This document shows positions 35,142-43,919 of a stretch of DNA of 64,000 nucleotides, piece by piece; positions within the stretch are counted from its first letter, which is position 1, and each line of letters starts with the position of its first letter. The notes under the pieces were generated by a model, which ran no database searches, was not told the DNA's origin, and saw only the letters and a program-made list of their open reading frames with translations. The position numbers and the translations under genes were made by a program. This DNA comes from an uncultured bacterium (GTDB lineage Bacteria > Hydrothermota > Tepidihabitantia > Tepidihabitantales > DTDR01), in the NCBI GenBank assembly GCA_964505415.1, contig CAZDHW010000004.1, forward strand, positions 5,051 to 69,050, written 5' to 3'.

Positions 35142-38092
35142 TGAAAAGCAAAAGGTATTTTGAACCGGTTCCCTCTCTGCCTGATTTTGTAAAAATTGAA
35201 CACAAAATTTTGAAATTTTGGCAGGAGAATGATTTTTTAAAACAATTAATAGCAAAAAATAAAGGAAAAAAGAAATTTTCCTTTTTGGACGGTCCAATTA
35301 CTGCTAATAATCCAATGGGTGTTCATCATGCTTGGGGAAGAACCTATAAGGATGTTATCCAGCGATATAAAGCCCAAAAAGGTTTTGATCAAAGGTTTCA
35401 AAACGGTTTTGATTGTCAAGGACTTTGGGTAGAAGTTGAGGTAGAAAAAGAATTGGGTTTTAAATCAAAAAAAGATATTGAAAAATTTGGTATTGATAAA
35501 TTTGTTGAGAAATGCAAGGAAAGAGTAATAAAATATTCAAAAATTCAAACTGAACAGTCAATAAGATTAGGTCAATGGATGGATTGGGAGAATTCTTATT
35601 ACACGATGTCTGATGAAAATAATTATACTATTTGGTATTTTTTGAAAAAATGTCACCAAAAAGGCTGGATATATAAAGGAGAAGATGTTGTTCCTTGGTG
35701 TCCTCGATGCGGGACAGCAATTTCTCAACACGAGATTGTTACTGAAGGGTATAAAGAATTAATCCATCCGGGAGTTTATTTACAATTTCCTTTGAAAGGA
35801 AAAGAAAGTCATTATCTTTTAGTTTGGACAACTACCCCTTGGACATTAACCGCTAATGTAGCTTGTGCTGTTCATCCGGATCTATTGTATGTTTTGATTA
35901 AACATAATGGTAAGTTTTATTATCTTTTAAAAGAAAGGTTAAATATCATTGAAGGTCAATACGAAATAATAAAAGAGTTAATAGGTAAAGAGATGATTAA
36001 TTGGGAGTATGAAGGCCCGCTATCTTTCTTGTCAATTCAAAAAGGGATTAAACATATAATTATTCCTTGGGAAGGGGTAAGTGCTGAAGAAGGGACCGGC
36101 ATTGTTCATATTGCTCCTGGTTGTGGTCATGAAGATTTTTTATTAGGAAAAGAATTTCAACTTCCAGCAATTTGTCCAATAGATGAAGAAGGGATATTTT
36201 TAAATAACTATGATTTTCTTTCCGGAAAAACTACTAAAGAGAGCGAAGAATTAATTTTTGAATCTTTAAAAAGAGAGGATAAACTTTATAAAATTGAAAA
36301 ATATACCCATCGTTATCCTGTTTGCTGGCGTTGCGGAACAGAATTAGTTTTTCGTTTAGTACCTGAATGGTATATTTCCATGAAAGAACTAAGATATCAG
36401 ATAATGGAAGTAGCTAAAAAAGTTCAGTGGATACCTTCTTTTGGTTTGGAGAGAGAATTAGATTGGTTAAGAAATATGGAAGATTGGTTAATCTCTAAAA
36501 AGAGATATTGGGGTTTGGCTTTACCAATCTATGAATGTGAATGCGGTTATTTTGATGTGATCGGTGGAAAAGAAGAGTTAAAAGCACGAGCAGTGGAAGG
36601 TTACGAAAAATTTGAAGGTCATTCACCCCATCGTCCTTGGATTGATTATGTAAAAATTAAATGTGAAAAATGTGGTCAGATAATAAGTCGAATACCAGAT
36701 GTTGGTAATCCGTGGTTAGATGCTGGCATAGTTCCTTTTTCTACTTTAAATTATTTGAAAGACCGAAAATATTGGGAAGAATGGTATCCCTTTGATTTTG
36801 CAGTAGAGTGTTTTCCCGGACAATTTCGTAATTGGTTCTATGCGATTTTAGCTATGGCCACAGTATTAGAAAATTCGCCACCGGTTAAAACTATTTTTGG
36901 CTACGCCTTGGTAAAAGATGAGAAAGGTGAAGATATGCATAAAAGTAAAGGAAATGTTATTTGGTTTGACGAAGCCGCCGAAAAGATGGGCGCCGACATT
37001 ATGCGCTGGGTTTTTGTCTCCCATAATCCTTTTGAAAATCTTCACTTTGGCTATAAATTAGGCTACGAAGCTAAAAGAAAGTTGTTAACTTTGTGGAATT
37101 GTTATTCTTTTTTTGTTACCTATGCCCGAATTGATAATTTTCATCCCCAAAGAAAAGAATGTTACGTTGATTTAAAAGAAGTAAAAAATCCTTTAGATCA
37201 ATGGTTGCTTTCAATTACCAATACCTTAATAAAAAATGTTGACAATGCTTATAACAATTATGAATTTGATAAAGTACCGAGGTTGATCGAGAAATATATT
37301 GACGACCTTTCTAACTGGTATATTCGCCGTTCTCGCAGAAGATTTTGGAAATCTCAGGGTGATTATGATAAATGGTCAGCTTATCATACGTTGTATTATT
37401 CTTTAACCACTTTGATCCAGCTGATTGCTCCGATAATGCCTTTTTTGAGTGAAGAGATTTATCAAAATTTGGTTGTGAATATTAATGAAAATGTTTGGAA
37501 AAGCATTCATTTGAACGATTTTCCCGAGGTAAAAGAAGAATTGATCAATAAAGATATTGAAGAGCGAATGGCGTTATGTCGTAAATTGGTTTCTTTAGGT
37601 AGAATGGCTCGGGAAAAGGTTAAAATTAAAATCCGCCAACCGTTGAGAAAAATAATTTTCTTAAATATTGATGAAAAAGAAAAATTAAATGATTTAGTGT
37701 CATTTATTATCGAAGAATTAAATGTTAAAGAAGTTATTTTTGGTGAAAAAGAAGAGTTTACTGATAATTTTGTTAAAGTTGAAGAAGATAATTTAATTGC
37801 TCTCTTAGATATTACTTTAGATGAAGATTTACTTTGGGAAGGGTTTTTAAGAGAGTTTATTCACCGTATCCAAGTCTTAAGAAAAGAAGCCGGTTTTGAA
37901 ATTACTGACCGGATTATTATGGGTTATCAAGCGGATAAAAAAGTTGAAGAAATTATTGAAAAAAATTCTGCTTATATCAAAGCGGAAATTTTAGCGGAGG
38001 ATATAAAAAGGAATCTTTTGAAAGATAAAGATATTGAAAGAAAAATAACTGTTAACAATTGGGAGATTTTAGTTAGTTTAAAAAGGAAATAA
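35141..38092 (+). CDS. ileS: Isoleucyl-tRNA synthetase (type 2-like, HH variant of the HIGH motif)
   Basis: 983 aa. DGPITANNPMGVHHAWGRTYKD (HIGH-region variant as in Bacteroidota-type IleRS), CPRCGT and CWRCGT zinc knuckles, MHKSKGN (KMSKS), and a C-terminal FIHRIQVLRKEAGFEITDRI. Confidence 0.9.
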   Translation: MKSKRYFEPVPSLPDFVKIEHKILKFWQENDFLKQLIAKNKGKKKFSFLDGPITANNPMGVHHAWGRTYKDVIQRYKAQKGFDQRFQNGFDCQGLWVEVEVEKELGFKSKKDIEKFGIDKFVEKCKERVIKYSKIQTEQSIRLGQWMDWENSYYTMSDENNYTIWYFLKKCHQKGWIYKGEDVVPWCPRCGTAISQHEIVTEGYKELIHPGVYLQFPLKGKESHYLLVWTTTPWTLTANVACAVHPDLLYVLIKHNGKFYYLLKERLNIIEGQYEIIKELIGKEMINWEYEGPLSFLSIQKGIKHIIIPWEGVSAEEGTGIVHIAPGCGHEDFLLGKEFQLPAICPIDEEGIFLNNYDFLSGKTTKESEELIFESLKREDKLYKIEKYTHRYPVCWRCGTELVFRLVPEWYISMKELRYQIMEVAKKVQWIPSFGLERELDWLRNMEDWLISKKRYWGLALPIYECECGYFDVIGGKEELKARAVEGYEKFEGHSPHRPWIDYVKIKCEKCGQIISRIPDVGNPWLDAGIVPFSTLNYLKDRKYWEEWYPFDFAVECFPGQFRNWFYAILAMATVLENSPPVKTIFGYALVKDEKGEDMHKSKGNVIWFDEAAEKMGADIMRWVFVSHNPFENLHFGYKLGYEAKRKLLTLWNCYSFFVTYARIDNFHPQRKECYVDLKEVKNPLDQWLLSITNTLIKNVDNAYNNYEFDKVPRLIEKYIDDLSNWYIRRSRRRFWKSQGDYDKWSAYHTLYYSLTTLIQLIAPIMPFLSEEIYQNLVVNINENVWKSIHLNDFPEVKEELINKDIEERMALCRKLVSLGRMAREKVKIKIRQPLRKIIFLNIDEKEKLNDLVSFIIEELNVKEVIFGEKEEFTDNFVKVEEDNLIALLDITLDEDLLWEGFLREFIHRIQVLRKEAGFEITDRIIMGYQADKKVEEIIEKNSAYIKAEILAEDIKRNLLKDKDIERKITVNNWEILVSLKRK

Positions 38093-38093
38093 T

Positions 38094-38471
38094 ATGGATA
38101 AAAAGAAATTAAATAAGTTTCGAGAGTTGTTACTTACAGAAAAGGAAAAATTATTAAAAGGAAAAGCCCATATTGAAGAAATTTTAAAGAAAAGTCCTAA
38201 AGAGGCGACTGGGGAACTTTCTACTTATCGGACTCATCTTGCTGATTTAGGAAGCGATACTTACCAAAAAGAAATAGCTGCTTATTTGACAACCAAGGAA
38301 ACTCAAATTTTAATGAAAATCGATAAGGCTTTAAGAAAAATTGAAGAAGGAATTTATGGCAAATGTGAAAAATGTAACAAAGATATCGATGAGAAGAGAT
38401 TGGAGGCGATACCTTATGCAGAATTTTGTATTGATTGTCAAAAAGCATTAGAAAACCGTCAAAAAAAATAA
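38094..38471 (+). CDS. DksA/TraR-family C4 zinc-finger protein
   Basis: 125 aa. Coiled-coil N-terminus and CEKCNKDIDEKRLEAIPYAEFCIDCQ. Confidence 0.8.
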   Translation: MDKKKLNKFRELLLTEKEKLLKGKAHIEEILKKSPKEATGELSTYRTHLADLGSDTYQKEIAAYLTTKETQILMKIDKALRKIEEGIYGKCEKCNKDIDEKRLEAIPYAEFCIDCQKALENRQKK

Positions 38472-38478
38472 TTCTTAA

Positions 38479-39216
38479 ATGAAAAACATTCTTTTGACGA
38501 TTGAATTCGACGGTCGTAATTTTTTTGGTTGGCAAGAACAAAAAGAGAAAAAAACAGTTAGTGGGGAAATTAAAAAAGTTTTGAAAGAGATTTTCCAAAG
38601 AGAAGTAAAACTAATAGGTATGGGAAGAACGGACCGGGGTGTTTCCGCGTTAAAATATTTTTGTAATTTTAAAATATCAGAAGAAAAGATTGATTGGGAA
38701 AATTTAAAAAAGCGGATGAATTACCTATTGCCAGCAGAAATTTATGTAAAAGAAATTAAAGAAGTACCGCTTAATTTTAATTCTCGTTACGCAGTTAAAA
38801 ATAAAACTTATTGCTATTTGATTTTTGAAGGTATTTCACCTGTGCGGCGAGAGTTTTTTTGGGAAATACCGAAAAAAATTGACCTTCAAAAAATAGAAGA
38901 AGCTAAGAGATTTTTTCTTGGGGAAAAAGATTTTAGCAAGTTTTGTTATTATTCGGGAAAAGGAGTTTGTCGGATAGAAAAAATTGAAATAATAAAAAAA
39001 AATGAGGAGATAATTTTCAAAATAACTGGCAATCGATTTTTATACAAAATGGTAAGAAGGATAGTCGGTGCTCTTATTGATATTGGTTTGGGCAGAAGAA
39101 CACTAAAAGATATTGAAAATGCTTTTTTAGGCAAACATCATTTACCTTTAACCACTGCTCCGGCTAAAGGGTTAATTCTTTACGATTGTGAAATTGATTT
39201 ACTGAAAAATTGTTGA
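38479..39216 (+). CDS. truA: tRNA pseudouridine(38-40) synthase TruA
   Basis: 245 aa. LTIEFDGRNFFGWQEQ, GRTDRGVSA (catalytic Asp), FLYKMVRRIVG. Confidence 0.9.
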   Translation: MKNILLTIEFDGRNFFGWQEQKEKKTVSGEIKKVLKEIFQREVKLIGMGRTDRGVSALKYFCNFKISEEKIDWENLKKRMNYLLPAEIYVKEIKEVPLNFNSRYAVKNKTYCYLIFEGISPVRREFFWEIPKKIDLQKIEEAKRFFLGEKDFSKFCYYSGKGVCRIEKIEIIKKNEEIIFKITGNRFLYKMVRRIVGALIDIGLGRRTLKDIENAFLGKHHLPLTTAPAKGLILYDCEIDLLKNC

Positions 39217-39240
39217 CAATTAGAAAAATTTTGTTATATT
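39213..39240 (+). promoter_or_regulatory. Promoter of the tRNA(Thr-Tyr-Gly) cluster
   Basis: TTGACA (39213-39218, overlapping the truA stop), 16-nt spacer, TATATT (39235-39240). The tRNA +1 at 39253 is 12 nt downstream. Confidence 0.5.
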
Positions 39241-39252
39241 TATATTTAGTAA

Positions 39253-39324
39253 GCCGGCATAGCTCAGTGGTAGAGCAGGGGTTTTGTAAACCTCAGGTCG
39301 GGGGTTCGAATCCCTCTGTCGGCT
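39253..39324 (+). tRNA. tRNA-Thr (anticodon TGT)
   Basis: GCCGGCA-TA-GCTC-AGTGGTA-GAGC-A-GGGGT-TTTGTAA-ACCTC-AGGTC-GGGGG-TTCGAAT-CCCTC-TGTCGGC-T. Confidence 0.9.
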
Positions 39325-39329
39325 TATGT

Positions 39330-39413
39330 GGGCAGGTACCCAAGTGGACAAAGGGGGCAGACTGTAAATCTGCTGGCGTGATGCCTTCGGAGGTTCGAAT
39401 CCTTCCCTGCCCA
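39330..39413 (+). tRNA. tRNA-Tyr (anticodon GTA), long variable arm
   Basis: GGGCAGG...GCAGA-CTGTAAA-TCTGC-(TGGCGTGATGCCTTC)-GGAGG-TTCGAAT-CCTTC-CCTGCCC-A. Confidence 0.9.
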
Positions 39414-39420
39414 CGTTATT

Positions 39421-39492
39421 GCGGGTGTAGCGCAACGGTAGCGCAACGGCCTTCCAAGCCGTTGGTTGCGGGTTCGAATCCCGTCACCCGCT
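39421..39492 (+). tRNA. tRNA-Gly (anticodon TCC)
   Basis: GCGGGTG-TA-GCGC-AACGGTA-GCGC-A-ACGGC-CTTCCAA-GCCGT-TGGTT-GCGGG-TTCGAAT-CCCGT-CACCCGC-T. Confidence 0.9.
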
Positions 39493-39498
39493 TAATTA

Positions 39499-39526
39499 TT
39501 GACTTTTTTAAAAAAATTAATATACT
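39499..39526 (+). promoter_or_regulatory. Internal promoter ahead of tRNA-Thr(GGT)-tuf
   Basis: TTGACT (39499-39504), 16-nt spacer, TATACT (39521-39526). The tRNA +1 at 39538 is 11 nt downstream. Confidence 0.45.
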
Positions 39527-39537
39527 TAAAATTTATT

Positions 39538-39610
39538 GCCCATGTAGCTCAGGCGGTAGAGCACACCCTTGGTAAGGGTGTGGTCGCCGGTTCGAGTCCG
39601 GCCATGGGCT
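39538..39610 (+). tRNA. tRNA-Thr (anticodon GGT)
   Basis: GCCCATG-TA-GCTC-AGGCGGTA-GAGC-A-CACCC-TTGGTAA-GGGTG-TGGTC-GCCGG-TTCGAGT-CCGGC-CATGGGC-T. Confidence 0.9.
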
Positions 39611-39663
39611 TGAAATTTTTAAAATTTTAGGTAAAATATAATTTAAAAAATGGAGGAAAAAAT

Positions 39664-40863
39664 ATGGCAAAACAAAAATTTGAAAGGAAAAAGCCACATG
39701 TAAATATTGGAACAATTGGTCATGTTGACCACGGGAAAACTACTTTGACGGCTGCAATTACGTTGGTTTTGGAAAAAAAAGGCTTAGCAAAATACACTCC
39801 TTATGATCAAATTGATAAAGCACCCGAGGAAAGAGCAAGAGGATTAACGATTCAGTTAGCTCACATTGAATACGAAACTGAAAAGAGACATTATGCTCAT
39901 ATTGATTGTCCGGGTCATGCTGACTACATCAAAAACATGATTACTGGTGCTGCCCAAATGGACGGAGCAATTTTAGTAGTTTCAGCTCCTGATGGACCAC
40001 AGCCGCAAACACGTGAGCATGTACTTTTAGCGCGACAAGTTAATGTACCAGCAATGGTAGTTTTTTTAAATAAAATTGATATGATGAGTGATCCTGAGTT
40101 AATTGAATTAGTTGAATTAGAAGTACGGGAAATTCTTTCTAAATATGAATATCCTGGCGATAAAGTTCCTTTCGTTAAAGGAAGCGCGTTAAAAATTCTG
40201 GAATGTGGTTGCGGTAAAGAAGATTGCCAGTGGTGTGGAGCTATTTGGCAACTTATGAAAGCAGTGGATGAATATATTCCTGAGCCGCTAAGAGAGTTAG
40301 ATAAACCTTTTTTGATGCCTGTGGAAGATGTTTTTTCAATTACTGGTAGAGGCACAGTAGTTACTGGTAAAGTAGAAAGAGGGAGAATCAAACCTGGTGA
40401 GGAAGTAGAGTTGATTGGTTTTGGTACCCATATAAAAACAGTAGCAGTGAGTATTGAAATGTTTCGAAAAGTTTTAGATGAAGGAGTAGCCGGTGATAAT
40501 ATTGGTATTCTTTTGAGGGGTGTTGAAAAAGATCAAGCAATGCGGGGAATGGTAGTAGCTGCTCCAGGTTCAATTAAACCTCATAAAAAATTTCAAGCGC
40601 AAGTTTACGTGCTAAAAAAAGAAGAAGGCGGAAGGCACACACCTTTCTTTAGTGGTTATCGACCGCAGTTTTATATTCGAACAACCGATGTTACCGGAAC
40701 GGTTAAATTACCCGAAGGAGTAGAAATGGTAATGCCTGGAGATAACGTAAATCTTGAAGTAGAATTGATAAGCGAGGTAGCCTTAGAAGAAGGTTCTCGT
40801 TTTGCTATTCGGGAAGGTGGTAAAACAGTTGGTGCCGGAGTAGTAACAAAAATTCTTGAATAA
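39664..40863 (+). CDS. tuf: Elongation factor Tu
   Basis: 399 aa. [29 protein letters not shown] upstream. Contains an unusual [11 protein letters not shown] segment (see findings). Confidence 0.98.
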   Translation: MAKQKFERKKPHVNIGTIGHVDHGKTTLTAAITLVLEKKGLAKYTPYDQIDKAPEERARGLTIQLAHIEYETEKRHYAHIDCPGHADYIKNMITGAAQMDGAILVVSAPDGPQPQTREHVLLARQVNVPAMVVFLNKIDMMSDPELIELVELEVREILSKYEYPGDKVPFVKGSALKILECGCGKEDCQWCGAIWQLMKAVDEYIPEPLRELDKPFLMPVEDVFSITGRGTVVTGKVERGRIKPGEEVELIGFGTHIKTVAVSIEMFRKVLDEGVAGDNIGILLRGVEKDQAMRGMVVAAPGSIKPHKKFQAQVYVLKKEEGGRHTPFFSGYRPQFYIRTTDVTGTVKLPEGVEMVMPGDNVNLEVELISEVALEEGSRFAIREGGKTVGAGVVTKILE

Positions 40864-40865
40864 AG

Positions 40866-41012
40866 ATGCGGGTTTTTATCCATTTGGCTTGTACTGAATG
40901 TAAAAGAAAAAATTATCAAACAACTAAAAATAAAAATAAACAAGAGAAATTAGAACTTAAAAAATATTGTAAGTTTTGTAAAAAACATACAATTCATAAA
41001 GAGACTAAATAG
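40866..41012 (+). CDS. rpmG: 50S ribosomal protein L33 (C4 zinc form)
   Basis: Not in the ORF track (48 aa). [48 protein letters not shown]. Sits in the tuf-rpmG-tRNA-Trp-secE position. Confidence 0.9.
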   Translation: MRVFIHLACTECKRKNYQTTKNKNKQEKLELKKYCKFCKKHTIHKETK

Positions 41013-41083
41013 GCCAGTAGCTCGAACGGTAGAGCACCGGACTCCAAATCCGGGGGATGGGGGTTCAAATCCCTCCTGGCCTG
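41011..41083 (+). tRNA. tRNA-Trp (anticodon CCA)
   Basis: AGGCCAG-TA-GCTC-GAACGGTA-GAGC-A-CCGGA-CTCCAAA-TCCGG-GGGAT-GGGGG-TTCAAAT-CCCTC-CTGGCCT-G. The A1:U72 pair and G73 are typical of bacterial tRNA-Trp. Confidence 0.9.
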
Positions 41084-41094
41084 TGTTGTTTTAA

Positions 41095-41289
41095 ATGAAA
41101 AAAATATTATTAAAAATAAAAATTTTCTTGATGGATGTAAAAAATGAATTAAAAAAAGTATCATGGTCTTCAAGGAAGGAACTATTTCAGACCACATTGT
41201 TAGTAATTATTCTTTCCTTTCTTTTATCCCTTTTTATTGGCTTTTGGGATTTTGTATTTTCTCGAATTTTAGGATTAATTATTAGATGA
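41095..41289 (+). CDS. secE: Preprotein translocase subunit SecE
   Basis: 64 aa. ...VKNELKKVSWSSRKEL followed by a single TM. Lies immediately upstream of nusG. Confidence 0.85.
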   Translation: MKKILLKIKIFLMDVKNELKKVSWSSRKELFQTTLLVIILSFLLSLFIGFWDFVFSRILGLIIR

Positions 41290-41293
41290 TATT

Positions 41294-41857
41294 ATGAAAA
41301 AATTTTATGTTGTTCATACTCGTACGGGAAGCGAAAAAAAAGCAAAAGAAATATTAGAAAAGTTAATTGCTGAAGAAGAAAAACAGGATTTATTCGGGCG
41401 AATTATTGTACCGATAAAAAAAACTGCCCGTTGGTACAAGAAAAAAAGTAAAAGTGGTCAAAAAGAAGAAAATGAATATCAAATGGTTGAAGAAGAAAGA
41501 AAACTTTATCCGGGATACATTGTAGTGGAAATGGAAGAAAATAATGAAGAAGCGATTAAGTTAGTTACTTCTGTGCCTTATGTAACTCATTTTTTAGGAA
41601 CCCGAAATCGTCCCACACCACTTTCGGAGGAAGAAGTGAAAATGATAGAAGAAATTGAGAAAGAAAAAGATACTTCCTTACCAGAAATTCCTTTTTCTCC
41701 GGGAGATCATGTTCGGGTTGTTAAAGGACCATTTGCTGGGTTCAGCGGCACAGTGGAAGAAGTATATCCAGATCGAAGAAGAATCAAAATGACAATTACT
41801 ATCTTTGGCCGAATGACACCTATCGAAATAGATTTTTTTGAAGTAGAAAAAATTTGA
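41294..41857 (+). CDS. nusG: Transcription termination/antitermination factor NusG
   Basis: 187 aa. FYVVHTRTGSEKKA (NGN), YPGYIVVEM, and the KOW motif GDHVRVVKGPFAGFSGTVEEV. Confidence 0.95.
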   Translation: MKKFYVVHTRTGSEKKAKEILEKLIAEEEKQDLFGRIIVPIKKTARWYKKKSKSGQKEENEYQMVEEERKLYPGYIVVEMEENNEEAIKLVTSVPYVTHFLGTRNRPTPLSEEEVKMIEEIEKEKDTSLPEIPFSPGDHVRVVKGPFAGFSGTVEEVYPDRRRIKMTITIFGRMTPIEIDFFEVEKI

Positions 41858-41869
41858 TAGGAGTTTATA

Positions 41870-42304
41870 ATGGCAAAAAAAGAAATTGCTAAAGTAAAAT
41901 TACAAATTCCTGCTGGTCAAGCTACTCCAGCACCTCCGGTAGGACCCGCTTTGGGTCAACACGGGGTGAATATCATGGAGTTTTGTAAACAGTTTAATGC
42001 TCGAACAAAAAATGAGCCACCGGGTATAATTATTCCGGTAGTAGTAACTATTTATTCTGATAGAAGTTTTACTTTTGTAACTAAGAGTCCTCCCGCTTCG
42101 GTTCTTTTAAAACAAGCTGCAGGGTTAGCTAAAGGATCCAGCGCTCCTAATCAAATTAAAGTTGGAAAGATCACCAAAAAACAGTTGCGGGAGATTGCAG
42201 AAAAGAAAATAAAAGATCTCAATACCACTGATATTGAAGCTGCTATGCGAATTATTGAAGGGACAGCAAGACAAATGGGTATTACTATTGTGGAGGAAGA
42301 ATGA
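41870..42304 (+). CDS. rplK: 50S ribosomal protein L11
   Basis: 144 aa. [34 protein letters not shown]. Confidence 0.97.
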   Translation: MAKKEIAKVKLQIPAGQATPAPPVGPALGQHGVNIMEFCKQFNARTKNEPPGIIIPVVVTIYSDRSFTFVTKSPPASVLLKQAAGLAKGSSAPNQIKVGKITKKQLREIAEKKIKDLNTTDIEAAMRIIEGTARQMGITIVEEE

Positions 42305-43011
42305 GAAGGAGTAAAAGATATCAGACAATAAGTGGAAAAGTAGACAAAACTAAAACTTATTCTTTAGACGAAGCCTTAGATTTGTTAAAAGAAACAGCCA
42401 ACGCTAAATTTATGGAAGCTGTTGATATTGCTATTAAATTAGGAATAGACCCTAAAAGAACCGACCAGTTAATAAAAGGAAGTGTTACCTTACCTTATGG
42501 TACTGGAAAAGATGTTAAAGTATTAGTGTTAACAAAAGGAGAAAAGGAAAAAGAAGCTAAGGAAGCCCAAGCTGATTATGTTGGTTTAGAAGAGTATATA
42601 GAAAAAATAAAAAATGGCTGGTTAGATTTTGATGCCATAGTAGCTACTCCTGATGTAATGCCAGAAGTTGGAAAATTAGGTAAGATTTTGGGTCCAAAAG
42701 GTTTAATGCCTTCTCCCAAGACGGGAACGGTTACTTTTGATGTGGGTAATGCGGTAAAAAGTTTGAAAGCTGGAAAAATTCAATATAAAACTGACAAAAC
42801 AGGTAATATCCATGCTCGAATAGGTAGAATTGATTTTGAAAAAGAAAAATTAAGGAAAAACATTATTACTTTTGTTAGTGAAATATTAAAAGAAAAACCT
42901 GCTGGAGTGAAAGGTCAGTATTTGAAATCGGTTACAATTTCTTCTACGATGGGCCCGGGTATAAAGCTAGATATTAAAGAATTACAAGAGTTAGCAAGAA
43001 AGGAGTTATAA
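42301..43011 (+). CDS. rplA: 50S ribosomal protein L1
   Basis: 236 aa. ...[15 protein letters not shown]...[16 protein letters not shown]. Confidence 0.97.
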   Translation: MRRSKRYQTISGKVDKTKTYSLDEALDLLKETANAKFMEAVDIAIKLGIDPKRTDQLIKGSVTLPYGTGKDVKVLVLTKGEKEKEAKEAQADYVGLEEYIEKIKNGWLDFDAIVATPDVMPEVGKLGKILGPKGLMPSPKTGTVTFDVGNAVKSLKAGKIQYKTDKTGNIHARIGRIDFEKEKLRKNIITFVSEILKEKPAGVKGQYLKSVTISSTMGPGIKLDIKELQELARKEL

Positions 43012-43012
43012 A

Positions 43013-43525
43013 ATGATAAAAGAAGAAAAAATAAATAAAGTGAAAGAATTGAAAGAAATTTTACAAAAGGCCACAGGGATATATTTTGTTGATTTCACTC
43101 ACATTCCCGCTAATGAGCTTTCTAAAATTAGAATGCGTTTTCGAGAGGAAAAAATCAGAATGATAGTTGTAAAAAATAATTTATGCGAACTGGCTTTACG
43201 AGAATTGAATTTTCCTCCTGAAACCAGTGATTTTCTTGTAGGTCCAACTGCTTTGATAGTGGCTAACGGCGAGCCTGTGAAAGCAGCCAAAATAATTAAA
43301 GAATTAAAAGTTTTAAGATTTAAAGGTTCAGTTGTTGAAAACAGAATTTTTTATGAAAAAGATTTTGAATTTTTAGCCAGTATTCCTACCAAAGAAGAAC
43401 TTTATTCGCAAATTTTTAATTATTTTTTGTCACCCGTATGGGAATTAGTTTTTGTTTTAGAAAATAAAATAAGGGAACTAATATTTATTTTAGAAACTTT
43501 AACTTCAGAAAAACAAAAAAATTAA
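43013..43525 (+). CDS. rplJ: 50S ribosomal protein L10
   Basis: 170 aa. Position between rplA and rplL; LRMRFREEKIRMIVVKNNL pattern. Confidence 0.9.
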   Translation: MIKEEKINKVKELKEILQKATGIYFVDFTHIPANELSKIRMRFREEKIRMIVVKNNLCELALRELNFPPETSDFLVGPTALIVANGEPVKAAKIIKELKVLRFKGSVVENRIFYEKDFEFLASIPTKEELYSQIFNYFLSPVWELVFVLENKIRELIFILETLTSEKQKN

Positions 43526-43535
43526 GGAGGTAAAG

Positions 43536-43919
43536 ATGTCGTCAAAAATTGATGAATTAATTAATATCATTGAAAATTTAACAGTAATGGAACTTGCTGA
43601 ATTAGTTCAAAGACTGAAAGATAAATTTGGAATTACTCACACAGCTTTTGTAACCCCCGCAGTAAGCTCAGCGCAATCCACAACTGCTTCTGAGGTTAAG
43701 GAAGAAAAAACCGAATTTACCGTTACTTTAATCGCTGTAGGTGATAAAAAAATCCAAGTTCTAAAAGAATTACGGGCACTAACAAATTTAGGTTTAAAGG
43801 AAGCTAAAGATTTGATTGACAATGTCCCCAGCATTATTAAAGAAAAAGCTACAAAAGAAGAGGCTGAAAAAATAAAAGCGAAATTAGAAGAAGTAGGCGC
43901 TAAAGTTGAAATAAAATGA
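43536..43919 (+). CDS. rplL: 50S ribosomal protein L7/L12
   Basis: 127 aa. ...LTVMELAELV..LKDKFG...KIQVLKELRALTNLGLKEAKDLID..P. SD AAGGAGG upstream. Confidence 0.97.
   Translation: MSSKIDELINIIENLTVMELAELVQRLKDKFGITHTAFVTPAVSSAQSTTASEVKEEKTEFTVTLIAVGDKKIQVLKELRALTNLGLKEAKDLIDNVPSIIKEKATKEEAEKIKAKLEEVGAKVEIK

Noticed and set aside
39210-39575. 121-aa + strand ORF from the track, together with minus-strand ORFs 39220-39435 and 39533-39715
   Set aside because: It runs straight through four well-folded tRNA genes. The open frame is a by-product of the GC-rich tRNA sequences in an AT-rich genome, and it has no SD or promoter logic.
39610-39642. Possible third promoter (TTGAAA ... TATAAT) between tRNA-Thr(GGT) and tuf
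   Set aside because: The spacer between the hexamers is 21 nt, too long for a functional sigma70-type promoter. tuf is more simply explained as cotranscribed with the upstream tRNA.
39924-40943. Antisense ORFs within tuf (39924-40391, 40388-40573, 40671-40943). Similar antisense ORFs lie in the thiolase genes (21753-21998, 22995-23225, 23559-24015), rplL (43637-43948), rpsB/tsf, and elsewhere
   Set aside because: They lie opposite highly conserved, unambiguous genes, and I recognise no independent signals or motifs.
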